In this document: one piece after another, positions 18,156-26,654 of the stretch
Position numbering within the stretch: position 1 is the stretch's first letter
How the letters are laid out: each line of letters starts with the position of its first letter
Assembly (NCBI RefSeq): GCF_017876815.1
Contig: NZ_JAGIOS010000003.1
Location: forward strand, 1,410,001 to 1,442,000
DNA from: Sinorhizobium meliloti
Lineage (GTDB): Bacteria; Pseudomonadota; Alphaproteobacteria; Rhizobiales; Rhizobiaceae
Length of the DNA: 32,000 bases
Direction: 5' to 3'
The notes under the pieces: generated by a model
What the model was told of the DNA's origin: nothing
The model's input: only the letters and a program-made list of their open reading frames with translations
Database searches by the model: none
Program-made: the position numbers and the translations under genes

Positions 18156-18383
18156 TTATTCAGCCGCCGTCGCCTCAATGGCAGCGAAGGCGGCCGCTGC
18201 GTCACCGTTGACGCTCATCATCGGGCCGCATTCTTGGTGAGGATCCGGCACGTAAGACGTCAGGTTGGCAGGTCTCTTGCAGGGGGCGGTCTTCTCCTTC
18301 GCCGCGGTACCGCAGCCGGCCAGGCCGGCCGCGATCAGGACGAGAAACAGAACCTTTGCGGTCGTGGTGTTTTTACTGGTCAC
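18156..18383 (-). CDS. small lipoprotein (VirB7-like or entry-exclusion-like)
   Basis: 75 aa. Lipobox LIAAGLAG|C. C-terminal ..ECGPMMSVNGD.. resembles the P-x-x-x-[LV]-N motif of VirB7 as I remember it. GTG start overlaps the virB5 3' end, and the SD is weak. Confidence 0.6.
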   Translation of the reverse strand: MTSKNTTTAKVLFLVLIAAGLAGCGTAAKEKTAPCKRPANLTSYVPDPHQECGPMMSVNGDAAAAFAAIEATAAE

Positions 18384-19074
18384 TGTAGGTGAGCGCCTTC
18401 TTCGAGTTGGAAATGTCCGTCAGGAGTCGCTGGTTATCGGCCTGAAGCGAAGACACGGCGCCGTTCATGACGCCGATCAATTCGTTGATCGTCAGGCCAG
18501 CTTGCACCTGAAGCTGAGTGTTCTGATCGATCGATCCTTTGATGTCTTTGGCCTGGCCGATATTTGCGCCCGCCTGCTCGAAAGAGGTGCGGCGAGTCTG
18601 GACGGCCTGCTGCGAGCCAGTCACGAGCGCCGCGACACCGAGGACGGTGTTGACCATCTCTTCGTAAGACTTGTCGCCCGAAAACGAGCTGCCCGCCTGC
18701 CCGGACAGGTTCTTCACCAGTTGCAGGCCGTTGATGAAGGTCGTTGCGACCTTGGCAACATCGCCGCCCATGCTTCCGAAGTTCGGAACGCCGCCAGACA
18801 TCAGGCTATCGAAGGACGGCATTTGAGAGACGCTGAAGCCATTGCCGACGGCAAGGTTCTGCATCTGATTGGCGTCGCTACCGCGATCGCCAGTTACCGC
18901 CTGTAGGGTCTCCTGCACCGTTTTCAGGACTTCCTTGTTGGTGCCGAGAATGTCGTCTGTGGTTTTCGACGTTCTCTGCGCAATCTCAAGATTGGCAGCG
19001 TCGATGACCGGGACTTGCGCGAAAGCTGTAGACGCAAGGGCTATCGAACACGCCGACAAAATCGAAGGCTTCAT
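18373..19074 (-). CDS. virB5: VirB5/TrbJ-like minor pilus/adhesin component
   Basis: Start taken at the ATG at 19074, preceded by GAGGAG. Signal peptide MKPSILSACSIALASTAFA|QVPVIDAANL. Helical, Q/N/T-rich mature protein in the VirB5 position. Confidence 0.8.
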   Translation of the reverse strand: MKPSILSACSIALASTAFAQVPVIDAANLEIAQRTSKTTDDILGTNKEVLKTVQETLQAVTGDRGSDANQMQNLAVGNGFSVSQMPSFDSLMSGGVPNFGSMGGDVAKVATTFINGLQLVKNLSGQAGSSFSGDKSYEEMVNTVLGVAALVTGSQQAVQTRRTSFEQAGANIGQAKDIKGSIDQNTQLQVQAGLTINELIGVMNGAVSSLQADNQRLLTDISNSKKALTYSDQ

Positions 19075-19085
19075 GGCAGTTCTCC

Positions 19086-20174
19086 TCATTGAGCGGTCAA
19101 CATCAGATCTACGTTGGCTTCGCGTTCCCGCTTCTGGACGCAAGCCTTCTCAGTCGGGCTCCATTCAAGCCCCTCGCGAGGATCGCAAATGCCAGTCGTT
19201 TTGCGGTCCGTCTCATCGTCATCCTTCTTGAAGTCGCTCGTACGTGATGCGCCTGAAAGATTGCCCACATCGACCGCACTTCGAGAATTCATGAGGTCCG
19301 CCATCGTCGTGCCGAGGCGGATGACCTGGTTCATCATTTCGAGGTTGGCATTTCGCGCGCCGGAATTATGGTCCCAACTGTCCTGAATTCTCCCGCTGGA
19401 CATGGCGCCCAACTGCTGCAGCCAGGAGGCAACATTCCCGCTGCTTTCCCCGATCGCCTCGGACGTCGCCATGGAGTTGATGGTGGAATCCCGCATGCCG
19501 GTGAAGGCTGTAGACCCGCCGCCATAGTTCAAAGGGATGTTGGCAACGTCGGAGCCGCCGAAGGCGGGGAGCCACTTTTGGGTGATGTTTGCGACATACC
19601 CTTGCGTTTCCTTAAATGGCGGAATGCCGCCATATTTCTGGACGTTGCCAGGTCCTGCGTTATAGGCAGCCAGTGCGAGATTCGCGTTGCCGTTGAAGCG
19701 CCGGAGCTGTTGTTTCAGGTAGCGCGCGCCGCCACGAAGATTGTCTTCCATGTCAAATGGATTGACCCCGAGATCCTTTGCCGTACCCGGCATGAGCTGA
19801 GAAAGGCCAATGGCGCCGACCGGCGATTTCGCACAGGGATTGAACCGGCTTTCTTGGTAGACGAGCGCCATGAAGAGGCTTTCGTCGACGCCCTCTTCCT
19901 GGGCCACTCGCTTCACGAGGCCGGTGATTTCCGGGTTGGCCGTTGCAGCGGAAGCGGCATCACCGCTGCGACCTGGACGATACAATGAGCAGGTCACGCT
20001 CTTGCTGACCGTATGACGGTCACTATCCGTCTTCTCGATTTCCGTCGTCGTCTGGTCGCGTTTGGTGTCGGTCTCGAGCACCTCGCCGTCAAGCACCGGC
20101 ACCTGAGGGTGCGCCGTTCCGAAGGCACCAAGCCACAGCGCAGAAATCACCCACAAAGCAGGACTCTTCCTCAT
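19086..20174 (-). CDS. second lytic transglycosylase (SLT domain) with VirB5-like N-terminus and long C-terminal extension
   Basis: ATG at 20174 makes an ATGA overlap with the virB4 stop and is preceded by GGGAGAAGG. SLT motifs are VYQESRFNP (catalytic Glu), [10 protein letters not shown] and [10 protein letters not shown]. The mature N-terminus [11 protein letters not shown] matches the virB5 product. Confidence 0.85.
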   Translation of the reverse strand: MRKSPALWVISALWLGAFGTAHPQVPVLDGEVLETDTKRDQTTTEIEKTDSDRHTVSKSVTCSLYRPGRSGDAASAATANPEITGLVKRVAQEEGVDESLFMALVYQESRFNPCAKSPVGAIGLSQLMPGTAKDLGVNPFDMEDNLRGGARYLKQQLRRFNGNANLALAAYNAGPGNVQKYGGIPPFKETQGYVANITQKWLPAFGGSDVANIPLNYGGGSTAFTGMRDSTINSMATSEAIGESSGNVASWLQQLGAMSSGRIQDSWDHNSGARNANLEMMNQVIRLGTTMADLMNSRSAVDVGNLSGASRTSDFKKDDDETDRKTTGICDPREGLEWSPTEKACVQKREREANVDLMLTAQ

Positions 20175-22630
20175 TCGGCCTTCTCCCATCCGCAAAATTT
20201 AGCCAGCCAATTTTCAGGCTCGCCGCCATATTGTTCCCGAAGCGCCGCGCACTCCTCGACGGTCTCCTTGCGGCCGGAGAGCACCTTCACGAGATCGGGC
20301 ATGGCGGAGAGATCGAGCCGAGCGATGACCGAGTCATTGCCGTGCTTGATCAGGAAAGTTCGCTTTTCGGGTGGAGTGTTCTTGATGAAGTTGAATTCCT
20401 TCACCGTCAGGCCAAAGCGCTTGATGTAGCTCTCTTCGTCGGCCCGCGGGTTCGGAAAGTGAATGTTCGTCGCCGACTGCTCGATCAGCGTATGCGAGGC
20501 TTTTGCCTTGGCGATATCCGCCGCGGACTGGGTGCCGAAGCCAACAATGCCGTTGAGCTTTCGGATGGTTTTCATCTTGTCGACGATGAACGCCGAAAAG
20601 GTCTCGTCCATAAGGAGTTGCCAGCCCTCGTCCATGAAGAACATGACCGGGTTCCCGTCGAGCAGCTCGTCAAGACGATGATAGAGGTACATCAGCGCCG
20701 GCGTGCGGAGATCCTCATTGCCGAGGATGTTCGTCATGTCGAACCCAAAGACGCTGCGACCCGAGAAAGAGAGGACGTCGTGCTGAGCGTTGAAGAGCCA
20801 CGCCTTTTCACCTTCGATCCAAGGACGAAGGCGAGAGTGAAGGTCATTGGCATCCGCCCGCGACCGACCCACAAGCAAGGCGGCCAGGTTCGCTAGGTTC
20901 CGTTCCGCCGCAGGTTCCTGCATCAGGCGGACGATCGCCCGCTCAAGCGTATCCTCGTCTTCCTGAGTGAAGTCACTGCGATCACCGGAGCGCAGCATTG
21001 CCTTCAGGAGGCGAAGGAGAAATTCGCGGTTTGGGCCGGTATTTTCGAGCTGCAGCGGGTTAAAGCCGGTTGGCGTTCCCGGTGACAGCACCTCATATGA
21101 ACCGCCAATCGCCCTTACGAAGATTTCCGCGCCGCGATCCTTGTCGAAGAACACGGCCTTTGGCGTCGGTGAAACGCGCATCGCCTGTGCGAGCAGGAAG
21201 GTCAAAGCGACCGTTTTACCGGAGCCGGTTGGTCCCGTGACGAGGAAGTGCCCGATGTCGCGGCGATGGAAGTTGAACCAGTACGGCGTCTGCGACGTGG
21301 TTTCGAGGATCGTGATCGGCAGTCCCCAATGAGTGCGATCGGCCTGGCCCGTCGCGAAATTGTGCATGGAGGACAGGCCGGAAAAATTCGCGCTCGACAA
21401 CATCGCTTTGCGAGCAATGTAGCTGTGATTGCCGGGCAGTTGCGCCCAAAATCCCGCTTCGAGGTTCAGATCCTCGCGAAGCCAGGTGAGGTTCATGTCG
21501 GTGAGGCAAGCACCGAGTTCGGAAACGGTGCGGCTAAGGCCCGGGAGATCGCGGGAGAGGCATAGGAGCGAAAGATGGTGGAAACCGAAGACGGCTTCCT
21601 GGTTCATCAGGCTATTGAGCGCATAGTCGATATCCTGTTCAACTGTGCTACCGGACTCGTCCGAGGCTCTGATCTGCCTCTGCAATCGACTAATACGTTC
21701 TTGAGCGATCGGCTTGTCGGCGATGGTGAAGGATTGCGTCAGAATGAATTCGTGGTTCACCTGCAGCAGGCCGTCCAGCATTCCCGGCCCGGTGAAGGGC
21801 GGATATTCCTTGATGGACAGCAGCGCCCCAAAGCGGGTGTCTGCATAGACGGCCGCTTGAGCTTGCATCGTCCGCTTGCTGAAATGCAGTCGCGACGTTC
21901 CGACATAATTGCGAATGCCCATGCGTGGCAGGCGCATCTTGCGCGGCACACCGCAGCTCAGGATCGCATTGAAGAACTCGCAGGGTTCCGAGTAAGGCTC
22001 GCCTTTCTCCTTCTCTTCATGCACTTCAATGTTGGCTTCGTCGTCATTCCTGCGACGATAGGTAATTCCGAGCGCCCGGGCTCCATACTTGTGCAGATCG
22101 CGGACGATGTTGCCGATCAGCTCCTCGAGCTCTGTAACATCTTCGCGCGTTCGCTGGACCCGAGCGTCCCTGTTTGCCTTGTCAAAGAGCCTCTTCAACG
22201 AGTCGCCGACGCCGAGGGCGCCCCGCATCCCAGACCGAACGATCGTCAAATATATTTCATTCGTAAACATGCGCTTGTGACGCAGTTGCCCCATGTAGCG
22301 CTTGTTCAACAGGTCGCAGAATGGTTCATCGAACGCGCCACCGATCTGCGTTTCGACCTCTCTCCGGATCACGGTCGACCAAAGAGAATAGCGGCTCGAC
22401 CCCAAAGCACGGATCATCGTGTTTTGGACGACCGAACGCATGTTGAGCTCAGCCTGGTCCTCCGTCTGAAAGAACAGTCCATCGAGTTTGATCACGCTTA
22501 GAAGCGAGCCGTTTTCCAGCCCGATCACTGTATCGGCGACGTGTCGGAGATACGGAATATGAGTCGACATGGGCCGCTCGTTACTGGCGACCCGGCCGAA
22601 TCCAAGCTCTTCTTTGACGACTTTCAGCAT
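20171..22630 (-). CDS. virB4: VirB4 ATPase
   Basis: Start taken at ATG 22630 (MLKVVKEE..), 2 nt after the virB3 stop. Walker [10 protein letters not shown] and Walker B FFMDEGW. The ORF-track extension to 22861 overlaps virB3 and is rejected. Confidence 0.93.
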   Translation of the reverse strand: MLKVVKEELGFGRVASNERPMSTHIPYLRHVADTVIGLENGSLLSVIKLDGLFFQTEDQAELNMRSVVQNTMIRALGSSRYSLWSTVIRREVETQIGGAFDEPFCDLLNKRYMGQLRHKRMFTNEIYLTIVRSGMRGALGVGDSLKRLFDKANRDARVQRTREDVTELEELIGNIVRDLHKYGARALGITYRRRNDDEANIEVHEEKEKGEPYSEPCEFFNAILSCGVPRKMRLPRMGIRNYVGTSRLHFSKRTMQAQAAVYADTRFGALLSIKEYPPFTGPGMLDGLLQVNHEFILTQSFTIADKPIAQERISRLQRQIRASDESGSTVEQDIDYALNSLMNQEAVFGFHHLSLLCLSRDLPGLSRTVSELGACLTDMNLTWLREDLNLEAGFWAQLPGNHSYIARKAMLSSANFSGLSSMHNFATGQADRTHWGLPITILETTSQTPYWFNFHRRDIGHFLVTGPTGSGKTVALTFLLAQAMRVSPTPKAVFFDKDRGAEIFVRAIGGSYEVLSPGTPTGFNPLQLENTGPNREFLLRLLKAMLRSGDRSDFTQEDEDTLERAIVRLMQEPAAERNLANLAALLVGRSRADANDLHSRLRPWIEGEKAWLFNAQHDVLSFSGRSVFGFDMTNILGNEDLRTPALMYLYHRLDELLDGNPVMFFMDEGWQLLMDETFSAFIVDKMKTIRKLNGIVGFGTQSAADIAKAKASHTLIEQSATNIHFPNPRADEESYIKRFGLTVKEFNFIKNTPPEKRTFLIKHGNDSVIARLDLSAMPDLVKVLSGRKETVEECAALREQYGGEPENWLAKFCGWEKAE

Positions 22631-22632
22631 GG

Positions 22633-22932
22633 TCACGGTCCGTAGGAGTTGGTGCCCCAAAAGCGCTTGTTGGGCGTGCGGGGCGTCTTGCGGGAAGTCA
22701 CCTGCATCACATCGAGGATCCTGTTGTCCCAGGTGCAGAGCGAGAACAGGACAAGGTAAGCAACCGGCGCGATCAGCAACGCCAGGAGGTCGTTCGTTGC
22801 AAGCCAGCCGATAATGGTGACGCCAACGATCAGCACCACCGCCATGTAGGGGACGCCCCAAAGCGTTGGGGACCGGGTTAACCCGATCACCAACGGCGTC
22901 AAAGCTGGCTTTTCGTCCTGAAACTCACTCAT
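22633..22932 (-). CDS. virB3: VirB3
   Basis: 99 aa. Motif LTRSPTLWGVP followed by two hydrophobic helices. Lies immediately upstream of virB4. Confidence 0.88.
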   Translation of the reverse strand: MSEFQDEKPALTPLVIGLTRSPTLWGVPYMAVVLIVGVTIIGWLATNDLLALLIAPVAYLVLFSLCTWDNRILDVMQVTSRKTPRTPNKRFWGTNSYGP

Positions 22933-22935
22933 CGG

Positions 22936-23274
22936 TCACTGACCGACCGCCGAGATCATCTCGTCGACGATCGCCGGTGCACCAAACACCAGACCGATGC
23001 CCATCACGACCGCGCCGGCCGTGAACCACGATAGGCGTCCGGCGAATGTCAGAAACCCAAGGCCGATAACGGCAATGGTCGCGAGCAGGCGACCGAACGG
23101 GCCCGTGATGAAATCGACGATCATCTGCACCGCCGTCTGCAACGGCCCGAACGCGCCGCCTGCGCTCTGCGCTAGAGCCACATCGGCCCCGGCGATCTGG
23201 ACTGCAGCCACGATGCCGAGCGTCGCTGCGAGCTTGAAAGCCTGAGACTTCCTCGTTTGCATTTCAAATTGCAT
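22936..23274 (-). CDS. virB2: VirB2/TrbC-type pilin precursor
   Basis: Start at ATG 23274, preceded by AAGGAGAG. Long leader ending ..ADVALA|QSAGG, then two hydrophobic helices. Confidence 0.85.
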   Translation of the reverse strand: MQFEMQTRKSQAFKLAATLGIVAAVQIAGADVALAQSAGGAFGPLQTAVQMIVDFITGPFGRLLATIAVIGLGFLTFAGRLSWFTAGAVVMGIGLVFGAPAIVDEMISAVGQ

Positions 23275-23285
23275 GTTTCTCTCCT

Positions 23286-24251
23286 TCAAAAGTGCATGAC
23301 ACCGCCGACAAACTTGCCGGTCTTCTTCACGGCGATGACACCGGCGTCGCCGCTGTCACTCGCATCCGAGACCGCCTGCGGAGCGGCGGCCGGCCTCGCC
23401 TTGCCTTTTGCCGACGGCATTGGCAGCCCGAGTTGGTAGTTCACCACCTTGGCGACGTATCCGACTGTTTCCTGGAACGGCGGGATGCCGCCGTGTTGGT
23501 AGATCCGCTGTTCGCCGCTGTTGTAGGCAGCCGCGACCAGGAGCGGGTTCTGAAACTCATCAAGCAAAAAGCGCAGGTACTTCATCCCGCCCTCGATATT
23601 CTGAGCGGGATCACAGATGTCCTTGACGCCGAACCGCGCAGCCGTCGCAGGCATGAGCTGCATCGGTCCGCGCGCGCCCTTTGGGGAATTGCGGCTTTGG
23701 TCAAAGCCGCTCTCTGCCCAGGCGATGGCCGTCGCGAAGACTTCATCGACGCGATATTTGCGCGCCGTCTGTACAACCAGAGACTTAACCTCTTCCGAGC
23801 TGAGCGGAGACGGACCGCAGTCTTTGGTGTTGTCATCGATCTGCCGAACTGCACCAAGTTGCTGTATTGAGCCCGCGGGAACTTGCGGTTCATCAACCCT
23901 GTTCGGCACGTCGTTGGAGGAAGCGAAATTGCTCAAGACTGCATCAATATGATTCATGCCCCCAAAATCATGGGGGCTTTTGTCAGCTTTGTACTGAACC
24001 GCATTTTCCTGCTTCACAACGCCATCAGCGCCTAGCACGAACTCCTTCTCTGAGCCGCGCCAGTGCTCATCGAAGTTCGTTGCAAGATCCGCCTGGCGCT
24101 CGATCGTCCAAGTGCCTTTTTTTGTTATAATATCTGCAGATTTCGGCCCATCTTGGGCGTAAGAAATCTGAACCCAGCTCGTGCACAAAAGGGCGCTCCC
24201 GGTAAAAGCGGTCCAGCTCACAACGCCTGAAAATCTAGCCCTTTTATCCAT
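23286..24251 (-). CDS. virB1: VirB1-like lytic transglycosylase
   Basis: Start at ATG 24251 (MDKRARFSG.. signal peptide). SLT motifs IAWAESGFD, GPMQLMPATA and AAYNSGEQ. First gene of the operon. Confidence 0.85.
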   Translation of the reverse strand: MDKRARFSGVVSWTAFTGSALLCTSWVQISYAQDGPKSADIITKKGTWTIERQADLATNFDEHWRGSEKEFVLGADGVVKQENAVQYKADKSPHDFGGMNHIDAVLSNFASSNDVPNRVDEPQVPAGSIQQLGAVRQIDDNTKDCGPSPLSSEEVKSLVVQTARKYRVDEVFATAIAWAESGFDQSRNSPKGARGPMQLMPATAARFGVKDICDPAQNIEGGMKYLRFLLDEFQNPLLVAAAYNSGEQRIYQHGGIPPFQETVGYVAKVVNYQLGLPMPSAKGKARPAAAPQAVSDASDSGDAGVIAVKKTGKFVGGVMHF

Positions 24252-24410
24252 CGCCGCGCGCCTAACTTGCGGTGTTGTGATCGAAACGAAAACCAACTAA
24301 GCTGGTGAAGATGTCGCATCGATTTGGTTCATCGATACAACTTTTCGAGGCAGACTTAAACCCCCTATTGCAGGGGAACGATCGGAAGCAATATGGGTAA
24401 GGGCTAGAAA

Positions 24411-25019
24411 ATGAAACGGACCATCATCGCCGCACTCGTAAGTTGTGCAACCGCAACACCTGCGTTGTCCGTCTCGGACATCAACAAGGATTACATCAAA
24501 TCGCTCGCAGCGCCGGGCAAGACGGTTCTCGTGCTCGAATATTACGACGGAAGCGGAAAGGTCGCCGATCGGAAGGGCTATGCAACAACGGCCGGATTTA
24601 AGGCCGTTTCACCGACCGACTTTCGCGTGGATGACAAGACAACACTGCACCTTTTTGGCCTGGAGCCATGCAAGGGCGAAATGGTCAATCGCAGTGAAGA
24701 CTTCGCCGGGAGCTGCACCGATTATGCGCAGCAACAGCTTCAGATCCTGTTACAAAATCCGAAGGTCGTGTTTTGCCGTGCCTTTGTGAGCGAGCAAGGT
24801 TCGCCCGTCCAGAACGCCACCTGCTACGGCTACTATAATTTCCCCGGTAGCCTCGACTCCGTCGATATGTTCGAGGAGCAGCTTCTGTCGCTCGGCGCGC
24901 TCCGCCTCGCAAAAAAGCGAGATGGGACTCCCGTTCGTCCGGATCTCTCCAAAGCTGAGGAGATTGGCCAGAAGGGGTCATTCGGAATGTGGGCCGATCC
25001 GAGGGTGAAGGGTCAATGA
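24411..25019 (+). CDS. secreted staphylococcal-nuclease (SNase)-like protein, catalytic residues degenerate
   Basis: 202 aa with a signal peptide. SNase-fold landmarks are LHLFGLEPCKGE (in place of RLxGIDAPE) and a C-terminal ..AEEIGQKGSFGMW. Four Cys lie at positions shared with the next two genes. Confidence 0.7.
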   Translation: MKRTIIAALVSCATATPALSVSDINKDYIKSLAAPGKTVLVLEYYDGSGKVADRKGYATTAGFKAVSPTDFRVDDKTTLHLFGLEPCKGEMVNRSEDFAGSCTDYAQQQLQILLQNPKVVFCRAFVSEQGSPVQNATCYGYYNFPGSLDSVDMFEEQLLSLGALRLAKKRDGTPVRPDLSKAEEIGQKGSFGMWADPRVKGQ

Positions 25020-25552
25020 GAAGGGCTCTTTCCCTTCTGTCGGCTCTCTTGCCGACATCCGTATCCGCAGCGCCCGCAGGCTATTTCGATCTTCTTCCTG
25101 GCGTCACCCTGGAAACTGGCGAGACGTGGGTTTCCAATGGTGAAAGATTCCGTCTCTACGGCGTCCAGTCCTGTTTGCGCGGCACTGCCTATACGGACAA
25201 GCACGGGCAGAAACGTGACTGCGGCGAGGCGTCCCTTGCCGTGCTGGCGGCCTATATCAAAGACACCAAACCTGTTTGCGCCCCGGTGGTGAAGAAAGAC
25301 GGTATCGCTTACGTCGTCTGCTACGCCACAGTTGGGAAGGAGCGGCTTGATCTGGCAAACGTCCTGATCACGAGCGGATACGCCTTCGCGTCCCTCAACG
25401 GTGAGGGCATGCCCTATCACGTCCCCTATGCCGTGGCTGAGAAACTTGCGCGCGATAAGCGTGCCGGCCTCTGGCAGTTCGAAGACGTCCAGCATCCGGC
25501 CATTCTCTTGAGCCGCGAGGTGAATGCGCGAACCAAGAAGGCAGATCAATGA
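25016..25552 (+). CDS. secreted SNase-like protein, catalytic residues degenerate
   Basis: ATGA overlap with the previous stop. Signal peptide MRRALSLLSALLPTSVSA. Landmarks FRLYGVQSCLRG, CGEASLAVLAAYI and EKLARDKRAGLW. Confidence 0.75.
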   Translation: MRRALSLLSALLPTSVSAAPAGYFDLLPGVTLETGETWVSNGERFRLYGVQSCLRGTAYTDKHGQKRDCGEASLAVLAAYIKDTKPVCAPVVKKDGIAYVVCYATVGKERLDLANVLITSGYAFASLNGEGMPYHVPYAVAEKLARDKRAGLWQFEDVQHPAILLSREVNARTKKADQ

Positions 25553-26250
25553 AGCGATACCTACTTGCAGCCGCCGCGCTCGCTACGATCCCCCAGGCAG
25601 CGACAGCCGCGGATCTCATCAAGACTCCGGCCGCGGCGGCTCGGCCACCGCAGAGATTGAGCGAAGCTCCAATCTACCAAAATCCGGTCTACAACGGCCA
25701 AGTCGCCGTCATGGACGGCCGCACCCTGTGGTATCCGCAATATGCGCAGCGCGTTCGCCTCGTCGAGATCGACGCGTGCGAGCTCCCACAGTGGGCGATT
25801 GATCCGAAGTGGGTGGATCGCGAGCGGCAAAAGGCGCCGTCACCCGTTCCGTGCGGCCCACTTGCGAAGGCTTGGCTCAAGAGGACCATAGGCAGCAGAC
25901 CGGTCGAATGTACCGTCGTAGCGTATGGCAATGACGGTATCCCCCAGGCCCGCTGCACGTCAGCCGGCCGCGATATTGCGGTCGAGATGCTTCGTGTCGG
26001 ATGGGCGCGTGTCGCGTCGCCCTATTCATACAACAGCCAATACCTGGTCTATCAGCAGAACGCGATGGCGGCTCGCTATGGCATGTGGGCCACTTACGTC
26101 CTCGACATGAACGAGTGGCGTCGCAAGGCCGTCGACAAGACGCTAGACCGCGAGCCGATCGCTGATTTCAACCTGCTTGTCGAACGGGAAAGAGAAATAT
26201 CGCCTCCCTTCATCGACGCGCGGAAAAAGCCCAAGAGGACAGACCGATAG
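25549..26250 (+). CDS. secreted SNase-like (thermonuclease family) protein retaining Arg/Asp/Glu of the active-site motif
   Basis: ATGA overlap with the previous stop, plus a signal peptide. VRLVEIDACE aligns with SNase FRLLLVDTPE. Also DGRT, CGPLAKAWLKRTI and ..AARYGMW. Confidence 0.8.
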   Translation: MKRYLLAAAALATIPQAATAADLIKTPAAAARPPQRLSEAPIYQNPVYNGQVAVMDGRTLWYPQYAQRVRLVEIDACELPQWAIDPKWVDRERQKAPSPVPCGPLAKAWLKRTIGSRPVECTVVAYGNDGIPQARCTSAGRDIAVEMLRVGWARVASPYSYNSQYLVYQQNAMAARYGMWATYVLDMNEWRRKAVDKTLDREPIADFNLLVEREREISPPFIDARKKPKRTDR

Positions 26251-26297
26251 TTGCCAGACTTCGCACATATTGCGAGCTCATTCGCAACCGATCCGCT

Positions 26298-26316
26298 GGC
26301 GAGCTTAATGCTCGCC
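26298..26316 (+). terminator. candidate hairpin terminator after the SNase-like trio
   Basis: GGCGAGC-TTAAT-GCTCGCC, a perfect 7-bp stem, followed by ATTCCCTTATCGTTT. A second hairpin, TTGCGA-GCTCAT-TCGCAA, lies at 26270-26287. Confidence 0.4.
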
Positions 26317-26654
26317 ATTCCCTTATCGTTTGCGCTCATCGTCGTTTCGGAACAAATCTGTGGGTGCACGGTCCGTTCGCCCTGGCGCTCCTGATCCTTT
26401 CGATCCTCTTTCTCGATCGACGTCATCTGGCGCTGGACAGCTTTCTTGTCGGCTTATTCGCCTTTGCACCGCTTTGCCGGGACATTCCCAACCAGCCGAT
26501 GCTTTTTCGGATCGGGATTCTCTGGTTTTCAGCCTTCGCGCTCGTTGCCGCCATCATCTACGCAGCAGGCGGTCGAGTGAACCATGCCACACCGCTCGAC
26601 AAGCTATTCGTCGACCACGCGTCTCCAGCCGCAACCATCATGAGGCCAACTGAC

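Noticed and set aside
21575-22501. 308-aa + strand ORF
   Set aside because: Antisense to virB4, so a GC-driven open frame. The same reasoning applies to 20231-20896, 18265-18906, 19368-19988 and 23292-23870.
22631-22861. N-terminal 77-codon extension of the virB4 ORF
   Set aside because: It overlaps virB3 in another frame. A proper ATG at 22630 sits 2 nt after the virB3 stop, and VirB4 homology starts there.
24368-24394. Sigma70-like TTGCAG-N15-CAATAT upstream of the first SNase-like gene
   Set aside because: The spacing is short. The implied transcript start would leave about 10 nt of leader, cutting into the SD, so I cannot support it as the promoter.
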